A model generated the notes under the pieces. That model saw only the letters and a program-made list of their open reading frames with translations. It made no database searches and had not been told where the DNA came from. A stretch of DNA of 64,000 nucleotides, taken from the NCBI GenBank assembly GCA_017620295.1, contig JAFZQR010000097.1:2905-66904 (forward strand), written 5' to 3'. Positions 9,093 to 19,366 of this stretch are shown here, piece by piece. Every line of letters starts with the position of its first letter. Position 1 is the first letter of the stretch. The position numbers and the translations under genes are program-made. This DNA is from Bacteroidaceae bacterium (lineage in GTDB: Bacteria; Bacteroidota; Bacteroidia; Bacteroidales; Bacteroidaceae).

Positions 9093-10922
9093 CTACAGGC
9101 TTTGCATATCGTTGAGCTTCTTGTAGTAGCCGTCTATGGAGAGCAGCTCTTCATGAGTGCCGCGTTCCACAATCTGTCCCTCGTGAAGCACACATATTTC
9201 ATCGGCATTCTTTATGGTTGAGAGACGGTGTGCGATGGCAACGGTCGTGCGTGTCTTCATCAGTCGTTCCAATGCGTCCTGCACCAGTCGCTCGCTCTCG
9301 GTGTCGAGAGCCGATGTGGCTTCGTCCAGTATAAGTATGGGCGGGTTCTTCAGAATGGCGCGGGCTATGGACACGCGCTGGCGCTGTCCGCCGGAGAGAC
9401 GTCCGCCACGATCTCCGATATTGGTGTCGAAGCCTTGCTCTGAGGCCATGATGAAATCGTAGGCATTGGCAATCTTTGCAGCCTCCTCGATGGCTGTGTC
9501 ATCTGCATGCTCCACTCCGAATGATATATTGTTGCGGAAGGTGTCGTTGAACAGAATGGCTTCTTGGTTAACATTTCCTATGAGTTGTCGCAGGTCGTGG
9601 ATACCAAGATCCTTGACGTTGATACCATCAATCAGCACCTCACCTTCCTGCACGTCGTAGTAGCGTGGAATAAGGTCCACTAATGTTGACTTGCCGCCGC
9701 CGCTCTGTCCTACAAGTGCAATGGTTTTGCCCTTTGGAATAATGAGGTTGATGTTGCGCAGCACCCACTGTTCTCCGTAGCGGAATGAAACATTTCGGAA
9801 CTCAATCTGATGTTCGAAAGCCGATATATGCTTTGGATTGGCTGGCTCGACAATGGTGTTCTCTGCCTTGAGTATCTTGTCGATACGCTCCATTGAGGCT
9901 AGTCCTTTGGGAATGTTATAGCCTGCTTTTGAGAACTCCTTCAGAGGATTGATGATGGAGTAGAGAATAACCATATAGTATATGAAGGTAGGTCCTGTGA
10001 TAGCTTGGTTGTGCAGCACCAACACACCTCCGAACCACAGCACAATCACTATCATCACAGTACCAAGAAACTCACTCATGGGGTGGGCTGAGGCTTGACG
10101 TATGTTCACTCTCATCAAGTCGTTGCGGTAGCTGCTGTTGATGGCATCGAAGCGTTTGTTCATCTTTTCCTCTGCGCAGAATGCCTTGATTATGCGTAGT
10201 CCGCCTAGAGTCTCCTCCACTTGACTCATAGTGTCGCTCCATAGAGACTGAGCCTTTATGCTCTTTTGTTTCAGCTTGCGTCCAACAATGCCCATGAACC
10301 AACCCATAATCGGAACGATTACTAAGGTGAACATTGTGAGCTGCCATGATATGAATAGCAGTGTGGTGAAGTAGGCTACTATAAGAACCGGGTTCTTGAA
10401 GAGCATGTCGAGTGACGACATGATGCTTGATTCTACCTCCTGCACGTCACCGCTCATTCGGGCGATGATGTCGCCTTTGCGCTCCTCGCTGAAAAATCCT
10501 AAAGGCAGTGATGTTATTTTGCGGTACAGTTGGTTGCGAATGTCGCGAACAACACCTGTTCGTATTGGTACTATACAAGCCGATGTCAGGAAGTAGGCTC
10601 CAGTTTTAAGCATCGTAGTGGCAGCGAGAAACAGCCCAATGAAGAGCAGTGTCGTGGTAGGACCGTAGCTGTCAATGAGGTTGTTAACCATATAGTTTAG
10701 GTTATTCATCAACACATCCTGTGCGTTGCTCCAGTCCCATTCCATATAACTGGTGGCGGCCTCTGCATCACCTGTCTGGAACAGAATCTGCAATATGGGA
10801 ATCAGAGCTGCAAAGGAGAATATGTTCAGAATAGCCGACAGTATGTTGAATACCACCGACAGTATCAGGTATCGTTTGTAAGGCGGTACAAAACGCCGTA
10901 GCACTTGCAGAAATTCGTTCAT
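9093..10922 (-). CDS. msbA: ABC transporter permease/ATPase, MsbA-like lipid A/LPS flippase
   Basis: Six-TM domain followed by Walker A GQSGGGKST, signature LSGGQRQR, and Walker B ILILDEATSALD. Lies in a lipid A operon. Confidence 0.85.
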   Translation of the reverse strand: MNEFLQVLRRFVPPYKRYLILSVVFNILSAILNIFSFAALIPILQILFQTGDAEAATSYMEWDWSNAQDVLMNNLNYMVNNLIDSYGPTTTLLFIGLFLAATTMLKTGAYFLTSACIVPIRTGVVRDIRNQLYRKITSLPLGFFSEERKGDIIARMSGDVQEVESSIMSSLDMLFKNPVLIVAYFTTLLFISWQLTMFTLVIVPIMGWFMGIVGRKLKQKSIKAQSLWSDTMSQVEETLGGLRIIKAFCAEEKMNKRFDAINSSYRNDLMRVNIRQASAHPMSEFLGTVMIVIVLWFGGVLVLHNQAITGPTFIYYMVILYSIINPLKEFSKAGYNIPKGLASMERIDKILKAENTIVEPANPKHISAFEHQIEFRNVSFRYGEQWVLRNINLIIPKGKTIALVGQSGGGKSTLVDLIPRYYDVQEGEVLIDGINVKDLGIHDLRQLIGNVNQEAILFNDTFRNNISFGVEHADDTAIEEAAKIANAYDFIMASEQGFDTNIGDRGGRLSGGQRQRVSIARAILKNPPILILDEATSALDTESERLVQDALERLMKTRTTVAIAHRLSTIKNADEICVLHEGQIVERGTHEELLSIDGYYKKLNDMQSL

Positions 10923-10925
10923 AGA

Positions 10926-12911
10926 TTATTCTTTGTTGATAACTAGTTGGTCGTTGTTCATGCGTTGCATGTACTGTTGAATAATGGATTTCATCTGACG
11001 TGTCATCATGTTGAGCGTATCTGTCGGCATGATGCCTAGCACGTTGTGTGCAAACACTGAGTCCGTCTGATAGCGGTAGGCTGCAGTAACGTCCTTCCCG
11101 TCAAATTCTATTGCATAGCGCCCTTTCACAAACTCATAACCGCTGCTTTCTGGAACCCAGTGCAGCGCATGTGTTTCCTCCGTAGGCGTCTGAAGCATAT
11201 CTTTACCAAATGCGATATATGGCTGGTCGTAGTGGAGGTAGGATAGCACGGTTGGCATGATGTCGATCTGTTCCACCACACGCTCGCAGTCGTATCCGTG
11301 CAGGGTGCTGTCGCCTGGCGCATAGAAGATTATGGGTACGTTGTAGTGTCCAAGTGTTGTGTTGTAGAAGGGGTCGGTGTGGGTGCTGCAGTGGTCTGCT
11401 GTGATGACAAACAACGTGTTCTCGAACCAAGGCTCATGGCTGGCTCGTTCAAAGAACCGTCTCATGGCATTGTCACTGTACGCAATACATTCTTGCAACT
11501 CTTGTTCACCCTTTGGGAACTTATCTTTGTAGCGTTCTGGTATGTCGAATGGGGGATGCGATGAGGCTGTGAACACAGCTGTCATGAATGGCTGCTGCAT
11601 CTCGCTCATCTTTGCAGCGAAGAATTGTAGGAACTCTTCGTCCCAGATAGCCCATGTGCCATCGAAGTCGTCATCACCGTTGAAACGTGAATCTTCGTTG
11701 TACTCGGTCCGACCCAAATAGCGGCGGAAGCCTGTGGCACGGGCAAATGCCTGAAAACCCATTGAATTGTTCTGGGCACCGTGGAAAAAAGCTGTAGTGT
11801 AGCCTTTCTGTTCGCCTAGCTCACGAGCCAGACCTGACATGTGGTTAAGAGAGGCGGGTGTCAGGAACAGCGGTTCGACGAAATTGGGAAGTGATGACAG
11901 GGTGGATGGCATTCCTTCGATACTCTTTCGCCCATTAGCATACGAGTATTGCCACGTCATGGCGTGGCTCTCAATTAATGAGTCGAGAAATGGCGTGAAC
12001 CCTTTGAAGGAACCTTCGCGCAAGCTCTTGTTGTAGAACCCGAAGTGCTGTTTGCTGAAACTCTCCAGAATGAATACTACAATGTTCTTTGGTGTGAACA
12101 TTATAGTGTCGGTCGGTGTGTGAACAGGAGAGTACAGTGCTGCCGCCTCTTCATCGCTCATGTAGTTGGGTACGGTCATCGGTGTGTTGCCCAAAGTGCG
12201 ATATATGCTAAACGGCGTGTTCAAAACGATGCCAGTCTCAGCAGGGCGGTCAACATATTGGTTGGCGTTGCTTATCGTAATGGGGCGTATGGCAGCAGTG
12301 AAGCCTCCTCGCATACCGCCTATGCACAACGGCACAGCCAAGAGCAGGGCTGTCACTTGCACTGCGTAGTAGCGTTTCTTGTTGTCGATTGCAACAACCT
12401 TCGAACCGCGAGGCTGGAACACAATCCAAAGCAGCCACGACAGAGCAAATCCCAGCAGCACCAGGTACCAGTTTGCCAGAAACTGCTCACCCATAATCTT
12501 TGCCATACCGCCAAAGCCCTCGTTGCTGAACTCTGCGAAGACGCTGCTTGTGGTGCGCTTCCCGGTGTAGGGGAAATAGACACAGTCCATCAGGTTTGCC
12601 CACACGGCAACAGTGTTGCACACCACAAAGAGCCATTGCACAGTCTTGTAGTAAGACTTCCGCTCTTTCCAATGTAGCGGCAGTAGCATCATGACAATTA
12701 CCACTGCATTAGTATAGAGTATTGCTGAAGTGTCGAATATTATACCTGCACCAAAGAGCTCAAGACCGTGACTCCAAGTCATTGTCTCTGAGAATAGCCC
12801 CCAGTTCATAAGTAGGAACACTAGTCGGCACAGTGTGAACATCACATACATTACCAGCAGGTTCACCGCCAGTGCTATTACGGGGTAACGGTTATTGATT
12901 GCAAGTTTCAT
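10926..12911 (-). CDS. LTA-synthase-family sulfatase/phosphotransferase (membrane-anchored), paralog of 7298-9091
   Basis: Multi-TM N-terminus plus a sulfatase domain (FILESFSKQHF, ITADHCSTH). The track start at 12932 is TTG; the ATG at 12911 (MKLAINN) is more likely. Confidence 0.7.
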   Translation of the reverse strand: MKLAINNRYPVIALAVNLLVMYVMFTLCRLVFLLMNWGLFSETMTWSHGLELFGAGIIFDTSAILYTNAVVIVMMLLPLHWKERKSYYKTVQWLFVVCNTVAVWANLMDCVYFPYTGKRTTSSVFAEFSNEGFGGMAKIMGEQFLANWYLVLLGFALSWLLWIVFQPRGSKVVAIDNKKRYYAVQVTALLLAVPLCIGGMRGGFTAAIRPITISNANQYVDRPAETGIVLNTPFSIYRTLGNTPMTVPNYMSDEEAAALYSPVHTPTDTIMFTPKNIVVFILESFSKQHFGFYNKSLREGSFKGFTPFLDSLIESHAMTWQYSYANGRKSIEGMPSTLSSLPNFVEPLFLTPASLNHMSGLARELGEQKGYTTAFFHGAQNNSMGFQAFARATGFRRYLGRTEYNEDSRFNGDDDFDGTWAIWDEEFLQFFAAKMSEMQQPFMTAVFTASSHPPFDIPERYKDKFPKGEQELQECIAYSDNAMRRFFERASHEPWFENTLFVITADHCSTHTDPFYNTTLGHYNVPIIFYAPGDSTLHGYDCERVVEQIDIMPTVLSYLHYDQPYIAFGKDMLQTPTEETHALHWVPESSGYEFVKGRYAIEFDGKDVTAAYRYQTDSVFAHNVLGIMPTDTLNMMTRQMKSIIQQYMQRMNNDQLVINKE

Positions 12912-12997
12912 TACTCTTGTCCTGTCTTCCAAGGCGCAAAATTAAGCAAAAAGCATGAAAACCGTGTACTTGCGACCCCGCATTCAGCATTCTTTTG

Positions 12998-13005
12998 TAT
13001 TTTTG
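12998..13005 (+). promoter_or_regulatory. -7 box TATTTTTG upstream of the metallophosphoesterase gene
   Basis: Exact TAnnTTTG match, 36 nt upstream of the ATG at 13041. No clean -33 TTTG at canonical spacing. Confidence 0.4.
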
Positions 13006-13040
13006 CGGCAATATCGGACATAAATAGAGATACATAGAGA

Positions 13041-14267
13041 ATGAAAAAGATAAAATATGTCGTCATATCGGTAGTTGTCATCGCACTCGGTTTGTGGGTC
13101 TGGTCGCGTTGGGATGTGTGGTTCCATAATCCAGAAGAGCCGCCCTATACCCCACAACCTTACCCTCATCGTGTGCTGTTGACCTTTGGCGACAGTGATG
13201 GGCGAGCTTCACGAAACGTCAGTTGGCAGTGCGATTCTGTACTCCACGCTTCTTGGCTTGAGCTTGTGGCACTGCCTGATAGCGACACCGTCCGCATCCA
13301 AGCCAAAGGTGAGGTGTTCCGTTCCCGAAGTGGACAGGCTGCTTTCTACGTGGCACGCTTGCGTGGACTCAAGGGCGATGCTGCCTATTCCTATCGTGCC
13401 GTCACCAACGGGAAGTCATCGCCTTGGTACAGCTTTACCACACCATCCGACAACTCGCGTCTTTCTTTTCTTTATGTCGGTGACGTCCAGGACACCATTG
13501 ACGGCAAAGCTAACTGTTTCCTTCGGGAGGCATTTGAGCATCATCCACAGAGCGAGTTCCTTGTGTGTGGCGGTGACCTCACCGAGAGACCTATGGACAA
13601 GTTTTGGGCTGAGACATTTCGGGGACTGGATGGCATAGGGCAGACCAAGCCTGTTCTTGTTGTAACAGGCAATCACGACTACCTCAAGGGGGTTATCATG
13701 ACTCTTGAAAGGCGCTTCTCTCTAATCTTGTCCTACTTTCTCGACTCTAAAGTGGGCGATAACCAAGTCTATACACTATCCTACGGCCCTGCTCAGTTCT
13801 TCCTTCTCGACAGCAACCGCGAGTTCCCCTATCTCTTCACCCAGCGCAAGTGGCTCCGACAGCAGCTCCAGCAGAGCCGTGCCAAGTGGAAGATTGTCAT
13901 TCTCCACCATCCGCTCATCTCCATCAAGCACAAGAACAACAACCTCTTCCAGCGATGGGCGTTCAAGGACCTGATTGAGGAGTATGGGGTTGACCTTGTA
14001 CTGCAAGGACACGAACATGCTTATGGAAGATTCGCTACCCGCCAGCCCGACAATCGTCCTACCACTCCCGTATATACAATCAGCCATTGTTCGCCAAAGA
14101 GCTATAGTGTCCATTCTGCAGACCGCTTTGACATAGTCTCTAGGGAAGGACGCTATTATCAGTCAGTGTCCATTAATGCCGACACGCTTGTCATGGCTGC
14201 CTACGATGTCTATACCCACTCAGCCATAGACTCTATCCGAATCATCAAAATTAGAGGCCGCCGCTGA
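13041..14267 (+). CDS. Metallophosphoesterase (purple-acid-phosphatase-like), secreted or membrane-anchored
   Basis: N-terminal hydrophobic anchor. Calcineurin-like motifs GDVQD, GGDLTE, GNHDY, HHPL and GHEHAY. Confidence 0.8.
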   Translation: MKKIKYVVISVVVIALGLWVWSRWDVWFHNPEEPPYTPQPYPHRVLLTFGDSDGRASRNVSWQCDSVLHASWLELVALPDSDTVRIQAKGEVFRSRSGQAAFYVARLRGLKGDAAYSYRAVTNGKSSPWYSFTTPSDNSRLSFLYVGDVQDTIDGKANCFLREAFEHHPQSEFLVCGGDLTERPMDKFWAETFRGLDGIGQTKPVLVVTGNHDYLKGVIMTLERRFSLILSYFLDSKVGDNQVYTLSYGPAQFFLLDSNREFPYLFTQRKWLRQQLQQSRAKWKIVILHHPLISIKHKNNNLFQRWAFKDLIEEYGVDLVLQGHEHAYGRFATRQPDNRPTTPVYTISHCSPKSYSVHSADRFDIVSREGRYYQSVSINADTLVMAAYDVYTHSAIDSIRIIKIRGRR

Positions 14268-14274
14268 TTTCTCT

Positions 14275-15204
14275 TCATTTATTCAGGTTTCGGGGATGAT
14301 GCGCCAGTATCTCATCCCGTAGCTTGCTTCGGTCTATGTGCATATAAATCTCAGTTGTGCCTATATCTTCGTGACCCAGCATCTCCTGTATGGCTCGCAG
14401 GTTTGCCCCCCCTTCCAGCAGATGTGTTGCAAAGCTGTGACGGAACGTGTGGGGACTGATTGTTGTTCGCAATCCTGTACGCAGGCATAGCTCCTTGATT
14501 ATATGGAACACAGTCACACGCGACAGGCTTGACCCGCGCCTCACACTCACAAACAGCACATCCTCCATTCCCTGCTTCAACTTCACCTTATCCCTATCTG
14601 CAAACCATGATTGCAGCTCCTGAACAGCTCTGGTTGACAATGGAACCAGACGTTCTTTCTTACCCTTGCCGTGAACCCTGATAAAGCCCTCATCCAGGAA
14701 CACATCGCTCAACTTCAGTCCGCAAAGCTCACTCACCCGTAGTCCGCATGAATATAGCATCTCCAGGATAGCCCTGTCACGTATGCCCTCGGCCTTGGTC
14801 AAATCCACAGCATCTATTAGCATCTCTATCTCTTCCAAACTCATCACATCAGGCAGATGCTCGCCTCGTGATGGCGATTCCAATAGCTCTGTAGGGTCTG
14901 TTTCCAACTCGCTCTCCAACACCAGGAATCTGTAGAAGGCATGAACCCCCGACACAATCCTAGCCACACTTCTCCGGGATATGCCCAAGTCAAATAATGT
15001 CGCAACAAACCTGTTCAGCTCGTCCAGCGTCACTGCTCTGTAGTCAATACCTTCCAACTCGTAGAACTCTAGCAGTTTATCCAAGTCGCGCATATATGCA
15101 TCGAGCGTGTTCGCACTGAACCCACGCTCCAACCTCAAGAACTGCACATACCGTCGAAGTATAGACTTCGACACTAGGCTGCCTTCTTTCTCATTTAATC
15201 TCAT
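14275..15204 (-). CDS. xerD: Site-specific tyrosine recombinase XerD
   Basis: N-terminal SAM-like core-binding domain (FLRLERGFSANTLDAYMRDL). C-terminal HTFRHSFATHLLEGGANLRAIQEMLGHEDIGTTEIYMH with the catalytic Tyr. Its ATG lies inside the last codons of the upstream gene. Confidence 0.85.
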   Translation of the reverse strand: MRLNEKEGSLVSKSILRRYVQFLRLERGFSANTLDAYMRDLDKLLEFYELEGIDYRAVTLDELNRFVATLFDLGISRRSVARIVSGVHAFYRFLVLESELETDPTELLESPSRGEHLPDVMSLEEIEMLIDAVDLTKAEGIRDRAILEMLYSCGLRVSELCGLKLSDVFLDEGFIRVHGKGKKERLVPLSTRAVQELQSWFADRDKVKLKQGMEDVLFVSVRRGSSLSRVTVFHIIKELCLRTGLRTTISPHTFRHSFATHLLEGGANLRAIQEMLGHEDIGTTEIYMHIDRSKLRDEILAHHPRNLNK

Positions 15205-18200
15205 ATCCCGCCTCGTTTAATGTCGGCAAAACCACATCAGCCAGTAGTCTTACAGCTGCTGACGATGTCAGCCTGCCTATATGCTCCAGTCGAATTGCGA
15301 TAGCCAGCTCATGACGTAGATGTGCTGAATGTATGAAGCATATGTACCATCCGTCATTGTTCTTTGGACTTATGCCCCGCTCTGGTGTGCCGGTCTTGCC
15401 GCCTAGAGTGTTTTGTGGGTCGAGGTCGGGTAGGGCATAGGCGTATGGCCTGCCCTTATGCTTGTTGGCCTCGCTACGCATGAAACCTGCCAATGTCCTT
15501 GCGCTGGTTGTTGGTAGGACCTGTATTGGAGTAGCCAGGGGACGCGGGGTGTAGTCCGCGCCTGAGCCTGTGGCCATGACATACCGTGTCGGTGCAAGTC
15601 GTCCGTTATTGGCGATTGTGGCTGCCACTCGTGCCATAGCCAGAGGCGATGCTGTGAGGTCTCCTTGTCCCCATGCCATAGCGGTCTCGAACATATTCAT
15701 CTTCCAGAACCTCTGTCCTGCGTGTCCGGTGCTACGAACCCTCTCATGTCGCTTCCAGTAGAGGTCGTATTCATGGGTTGCTGCTTTGGCATGCAGGCTC
15801 ATGTTGTTGGCAAAGGCCTCGCGGCTGCTGTCGGATTGTTCGTTGCTGAAGAGATAGTATGGTGTCATTGGCCTCGGACGGTTCAGCGTCATTCCCATGA
15901 CATCGTATATCACAGTCAGCTCTTTGTATAGTGTGGAGGCATCGTCGTGGATGAGTCGTATGAAGTAGCAGTTCGATGACCGTACAATTGCTGTCTCCAT
16001 GTCAACGTTTCCCACAGGCTCTACACCAGGTGGTTCAATGCAGTCGGTGGCATCTATGAGATATGTGCGAGAGGCATTGGCTGGGTCACGTTTCAGGGCT
16101 GCCATTGCGGATACTACCTTCGCTGTCGAGCCAGGGGCTGTGGCGAAAGTAAGTCCCAGGTCGCGCTCCGTGTAGGCCATAGGCTCTGAGTTTTCCTTGT
16201 AGGAGTAGATACGCTCGCTGAAGCGTGAACGTATAGTGTCCTGGACAGGCAGCGGGTAGAGTGCGGAGCAGAGAAGGTCACCCTTCTGGGCATCCAGTAT
16301 CACCACAGAGGCTCTCACCTTCTTTAGCCCTTCACCGTGGATGTACAGAACGTCTCCTATCTGCTCTTTGAGATGGTTTTGCAGCCTTACTTGTAGTGTG
16401 GCATCGAGGGTGAGGTGTAGGTCGCGTTGGTAGCGGGTCGAGTTGTGGGCTGCAGTATGTGGTCCTCCTAAACCTTCTTTCAGCATGTCCAGCAGGTAGG
16501 AGTAGTCGCGGTGGGCTATGCGACGTTCCTGCACCACAGGTGGCATATATGGCGACACCCTGTGCTGGTCGGTGTGGAGCGTGTCGGTAACAATATTTCC
16601 TAGTTTGTCGCGGGCATATATGTCGAAGCCGCGCAGATAGCTCTCATGGCGGCTCTCTGCGAGATAGCCGTAAGGGTCGCTGTCATTGATGTTCCACAGA
16701 TTTTGGGTGTTGGCATCACCAAGCATGAAGAACAGATGGTTGCCGCAAGGGTAGAACCGTGCCTGTCGCTGCCGTGCCTCTGTCTCTATGGCATCTGGCG
16801 AAATGCCTATGGCACTGTATATTCCTATGCTGTCCAGCAACGACTGTGACACACTGGTGGCTAGTAGCAGGCCGTTGCGGTCGTAGATGTTTCCTGCATG
16901 AAGCTGCTGTAATAGTAGGCGTATGCGGGGATTGTAGGCTGTGATGCGTTCCCCTTGGTTGGTTGTGACGTATGCGGGGCGAATGAGCATCTCGTCGCGA
17001 GCCGACACTTGATAGTGCCACAGCACAGCCAGAAGCAATCCCGCTAGTGACAGAAATGCCAGGCTGCCCCCAGCAACGGAACTGTTGTAGCTCTGTTGGC
17101 TTTGTTGCTGCAATGCGGTTGGGCGGTAGCGCGAGGCTCCTATTGCAGTTCCAAAAGCAGCCAGGTTGATGATGAGGCTGGACTTGCCAAAGCTCAGGAA
17201 TGGCACTGCCACACCTGTAAGTGGAATGAGTCCCAGCGAGCCAGCCACGATAACTACGAACTGTACACCTGTAACAAGTGCTATTCCTGCAAGCAGGAAG
17301 AAAGCAAAGGGATGGGCTGCCCTGCAGCCTAGTTTCAGGCAGTGGCGTATGACTGCAGTCATTAGAACAACTACAATCACCAGGGCTACCCAGCCAAGCT
17401 GCTCACCAATGCTGATGAACACCATGTCGGTGTGGAAGGCGGGTATGAAGGTTACGTTTCCCCTTCCCAGTCCCTGGCCGGACAAACCTCCCGTGGCCAA
17501 TGCCCATACGCCTTGTGCCACCTGGTCGCCGCCAGGCACGTTGTTGTTCCAGACGCCATCGCCCGACATTGCCATACGGTAGAGCAGTCGTTGCGCACCG
17601 TTTATATGTGCAGCTGCGAGCAGGTTGCCGCCTATGGCAAAGGCTGAGAGTAGCAGATTCATCATCATGGCACTCTCGTAGATGACGTGTCGCCGGACCC
17701 ACCATACCAGCATCCATAGCACAAACCATCCAGCCACGCATAGCAACATAACGGCTGTGCTGCTTCCTAGAAGCATCTGTCCGCCAGCCAGCACAGCAGC
17801 GTAGCTCACCACTCCAAGCAGCAACTGAGGCAAATCCTGACGGGCTATGGAATATAGCAGGATGAAAGTGCCGGCCAGCACCAGTGCCGGTCCCATGTCG
17901 CTGATGAGCAGTAGGTAGAGCGAGAGCAGCAGGAGCAGTGCCAACGTGATGCCGCCAACGGTACGCAGCTGCAGTCTCAGTGTGCGGGCTGTGGCTTGGC
18001 GGCTGAAGGTCTGGATGCGTTCTGCACCGTAGGGGGAGGCAAAATAGGCTGCAAAGGCTGTCACAATCAGATATTTCGACACCTCGCTGGGTTGGAAGAA
18101 CCATAGGTTCACCCTCGCATCACTGCCCTCAGGGCCTGTGCCGAAGAGGTAGAGCATCACCACAAGCAGCATGGCGGCTGCCATACAGCCCCATTGTAGC

Positions 18201-19360
18201 CATCGGTAGTGCCGCATCAGCGGGATTACTTTAAGCTGTGAGGCTCCCAGCATCACCGTCACACCCCACATCACGCCAGACGTCATGGCCTCGCCCAGCA
18301 GACTGTCGGAGAGAGGATCGACCATAGCAAACATCATCACCACGCAGAGGCCGGTGAGCATCATCAGCAGCAGAGGCAAGATGCGGTCGGAGTGCTTGCC
18401 TGTGCGGTAATCCATAAAGCCTAGAAAAAGATAGGCTACAGCCCATGAGGCCAGAAACAGAATCATTGACCAGTGTAAGACACTCACGTACTGCTCTGGC
18501 GTACGTACCACCATGGCACGGTTTGTCTTCGCCCGTTTATAGATTGCGGTGGTCAGGGGCGGGATGGTGTGTTCGCGTTCTCTGAACGAGTGCCTGGCTG
18601 GGGCTGATAGTGGCGCATCGCGGGTTCCGCGAGGACGTCCGTACTGACAGCCGTCCTTGACAGGTGTCACGCTGTAGCACCATCCCTCAGGTACATCGAA
18701 ATTGGCGTCACCCCGAGCATCGGTCATGGCGTAGGCGGCCACTGTATTCACAGCGGTAGGCTCTTCTGCAGTGTTGCTTCTGTCTAAGGTGTGGCGTGTC
18801 AGGACAACCACCACTCCCTCTCTAGGCTTATGGTCGGAGCCGTCCTCAACATGTACTGTTACTCCTATGCCCACCTGTTCGTAGGCCATACTGTCCATGT
18901 TCGTCACAGCGGCTTTGGCCTCTCTGTTTGCCTCGTCTATGGACAGTGTCCTGGAGTATATGCGCTCCACCTCAGGCGTAAGCCCCACTTGTAGTCGCGA
19001 CATAGCGGCCCGCTCCCTCATCCTTGGCCCTCCGGCAGAGTCGGCATACCACAGCGGCATAGCAAAGACCGGACGATTCAGAGTTCCCAGATTGGGCATT
19101 GCGTGTCCAGAAACCATCAGTCGGTCTGTAATCCAGCTGGCCACACAGTGGGCATCGCGCTCATCCTCCATGAACCCCTCTTTTAGCAGCAGCCGTTGAA
19201 GTGCTTCTGGAGACGTCTGTTCCGTCAGACACAGGCCGGAACCTTCCAACGTTAGGGCCTCGTAGTCATCGAATATGGACTGCTGGCGTTTGAGCAGAGT
19301 GCCACATGCCATGATGAACACCACAGCCACAATAACATAGCCCAATACACCTCTCCACAT
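15191..19360 (-). CDS. Fusion protein: N-terminal ~300-aa domain + SEDS (FtsW/RodA/SpoVE) glycosyltransferase + class B penicillin-binding protein transpeptidase
   Basis: SEDS motifs FQPSE, DMGP, HTDMVF, GEQLG and PLTGVAVPFLSFGKSS. Then a TM anchor (LAFLSLAGLLLAVLW) and PBP motifs STAK, SSN and KTGT. A single 1389-aa ORF. Confidence 0.85.
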   Translation of the reverse strand: MWRGVLGYVIVAVVFIMACGTLLKRQQSIFDDYEALTLEGSGLCLTEQTSPEALQRLLLKEGFMEDERDAHCVASWITDRLMVSGHAMPNLGTLNRPVFAMPLWYADSAGGPRMRERAAMSRLQVGLTPEVERIYSRTLSIDEANREAKAAVTNMDSMAYEQVGIGVTVHVEDGSDHKPREGVVVVLTRHTLDRSNTAEEPTAVNTVAAYAMTDARGDANFDVPEGWCYSVTPVKDGCQYGRPRGTRDAPLSAPARHSFREREHTIPPLTTAIYKRAKTNRAMVVRTPEQYVSVLHWSMILFLASWAVAYLFLGFMDYRTGKHSDRILPLLLMMLTGLCVVMMFAMVDPLSDSLLGEAMTSGVMWGVTVMLGASQLKVIPLMRHYRWLQWGCMAAAMLLVVMLYLFGTGPEGSDARVNLWFFQPSEVSKYLIVTAFAAYFASPYGAERIQTFSRQATARTLRLQLRTVGGITLALLLLLSLYLLLISDMGPALVLAGTFILLYSIARQDLPQLLLGVVSYAAVLAGGQMLLGSSTAVMLLCVAGWFVLWMLVWWVRRHVIYESAMMMNLLLSAFAIGGNLLAAAHINGAQRLLYRMAMSGDGVWNNNVPGGDQVAQGVWALATGGLSGQGLGRGNVTFIPAFHTDMVFISIGEQLGWVALVIVVVLMTAVIRHCLKLGCRAAHPFAFFLLAGIALVTGVQFVVIVAGSLGLIPLTGVAVPFLSFGKSSLIINLAAFGTAIGASRYRPTALQQQSQQSYNSSVAGGSLAFLSLAGLLLAVLWHYQVSARDEMLIRPAYVTTNQGERITAYNPRIRLLLQQLHAGNIYDRNGLLLATSVSQSLLDSIGIYSAIGISPDAIETEARQRQARFYPCGNHLFFMLGDANTQNLWNINDSDPYGYLAESRHESYLRGFDIYARDKLGNIVTDTLHTDQHRVSPYMPPVVQERRIAHRDYSYLLDMLKEGLGGPHTAAHNSTRYQRDLHLTLDATLQVRLQNHLKEQIGDVLYIHGEGLKKVRASVVILDAQKGDLLCSALYPLPVQDTIRSRFSERIYSYKENSEPMAYTERDLGLTFATAPGSTAKVVSAMAALKRDPANASRTYLIDATDCIEPPGVEPVGNVDMETAIVRSSNCYFIRLIHDDASTLYKELTVIYDVMGMTLNRPRPMTPYYLFSNEQSDSSREAFANNMSLHAKAATHEYDLYWKRHERVRSTGHAGQRFWKMNMFETAMAWGQGDLTASPLAMARVAATIANNGRLAPTRYVMATGSGADYTPRPLATPIQVLPTTSARTLAGFMRSEANKHKGRPYAYALPDLDPQNTLGGKTGTPERGISPKNNDGWYICFIHSAHLRHELAIAIRLEHIGRLTSSAAVRLLADVVLPTLNEAGYEIK

Positions 19361-19366
19361 ACCGAT

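Noticed and set aside
12045-12677. 210-aa plus-strand ORF
   Set aside because: It is antisense to the LTA-synthase-like gene, whose frame has TM helices and sulfatase motifs. No independent support.
14275-15204. Tyrosine recombinase as a marker of an integrative mobile element
   Set aside because: The sequence looks like housekeeping XerD (N-terminal core-binding domain, full R-H-R-Y region). It is translationally coupled to a cell-wall gene. No att-like repeats, tRNA target or cargo genes are adjacent.
17096-18446. Several long alternative-frame or antisense ORFs (up to 233 aa) inside the SEDS-PBP gene
   Set aside because: These are typical of GC-rich coding sequence. Their translations are Arg/Pro/His-rich nonsense, whereas the annotated frame carries every SEDS and PBP motif.
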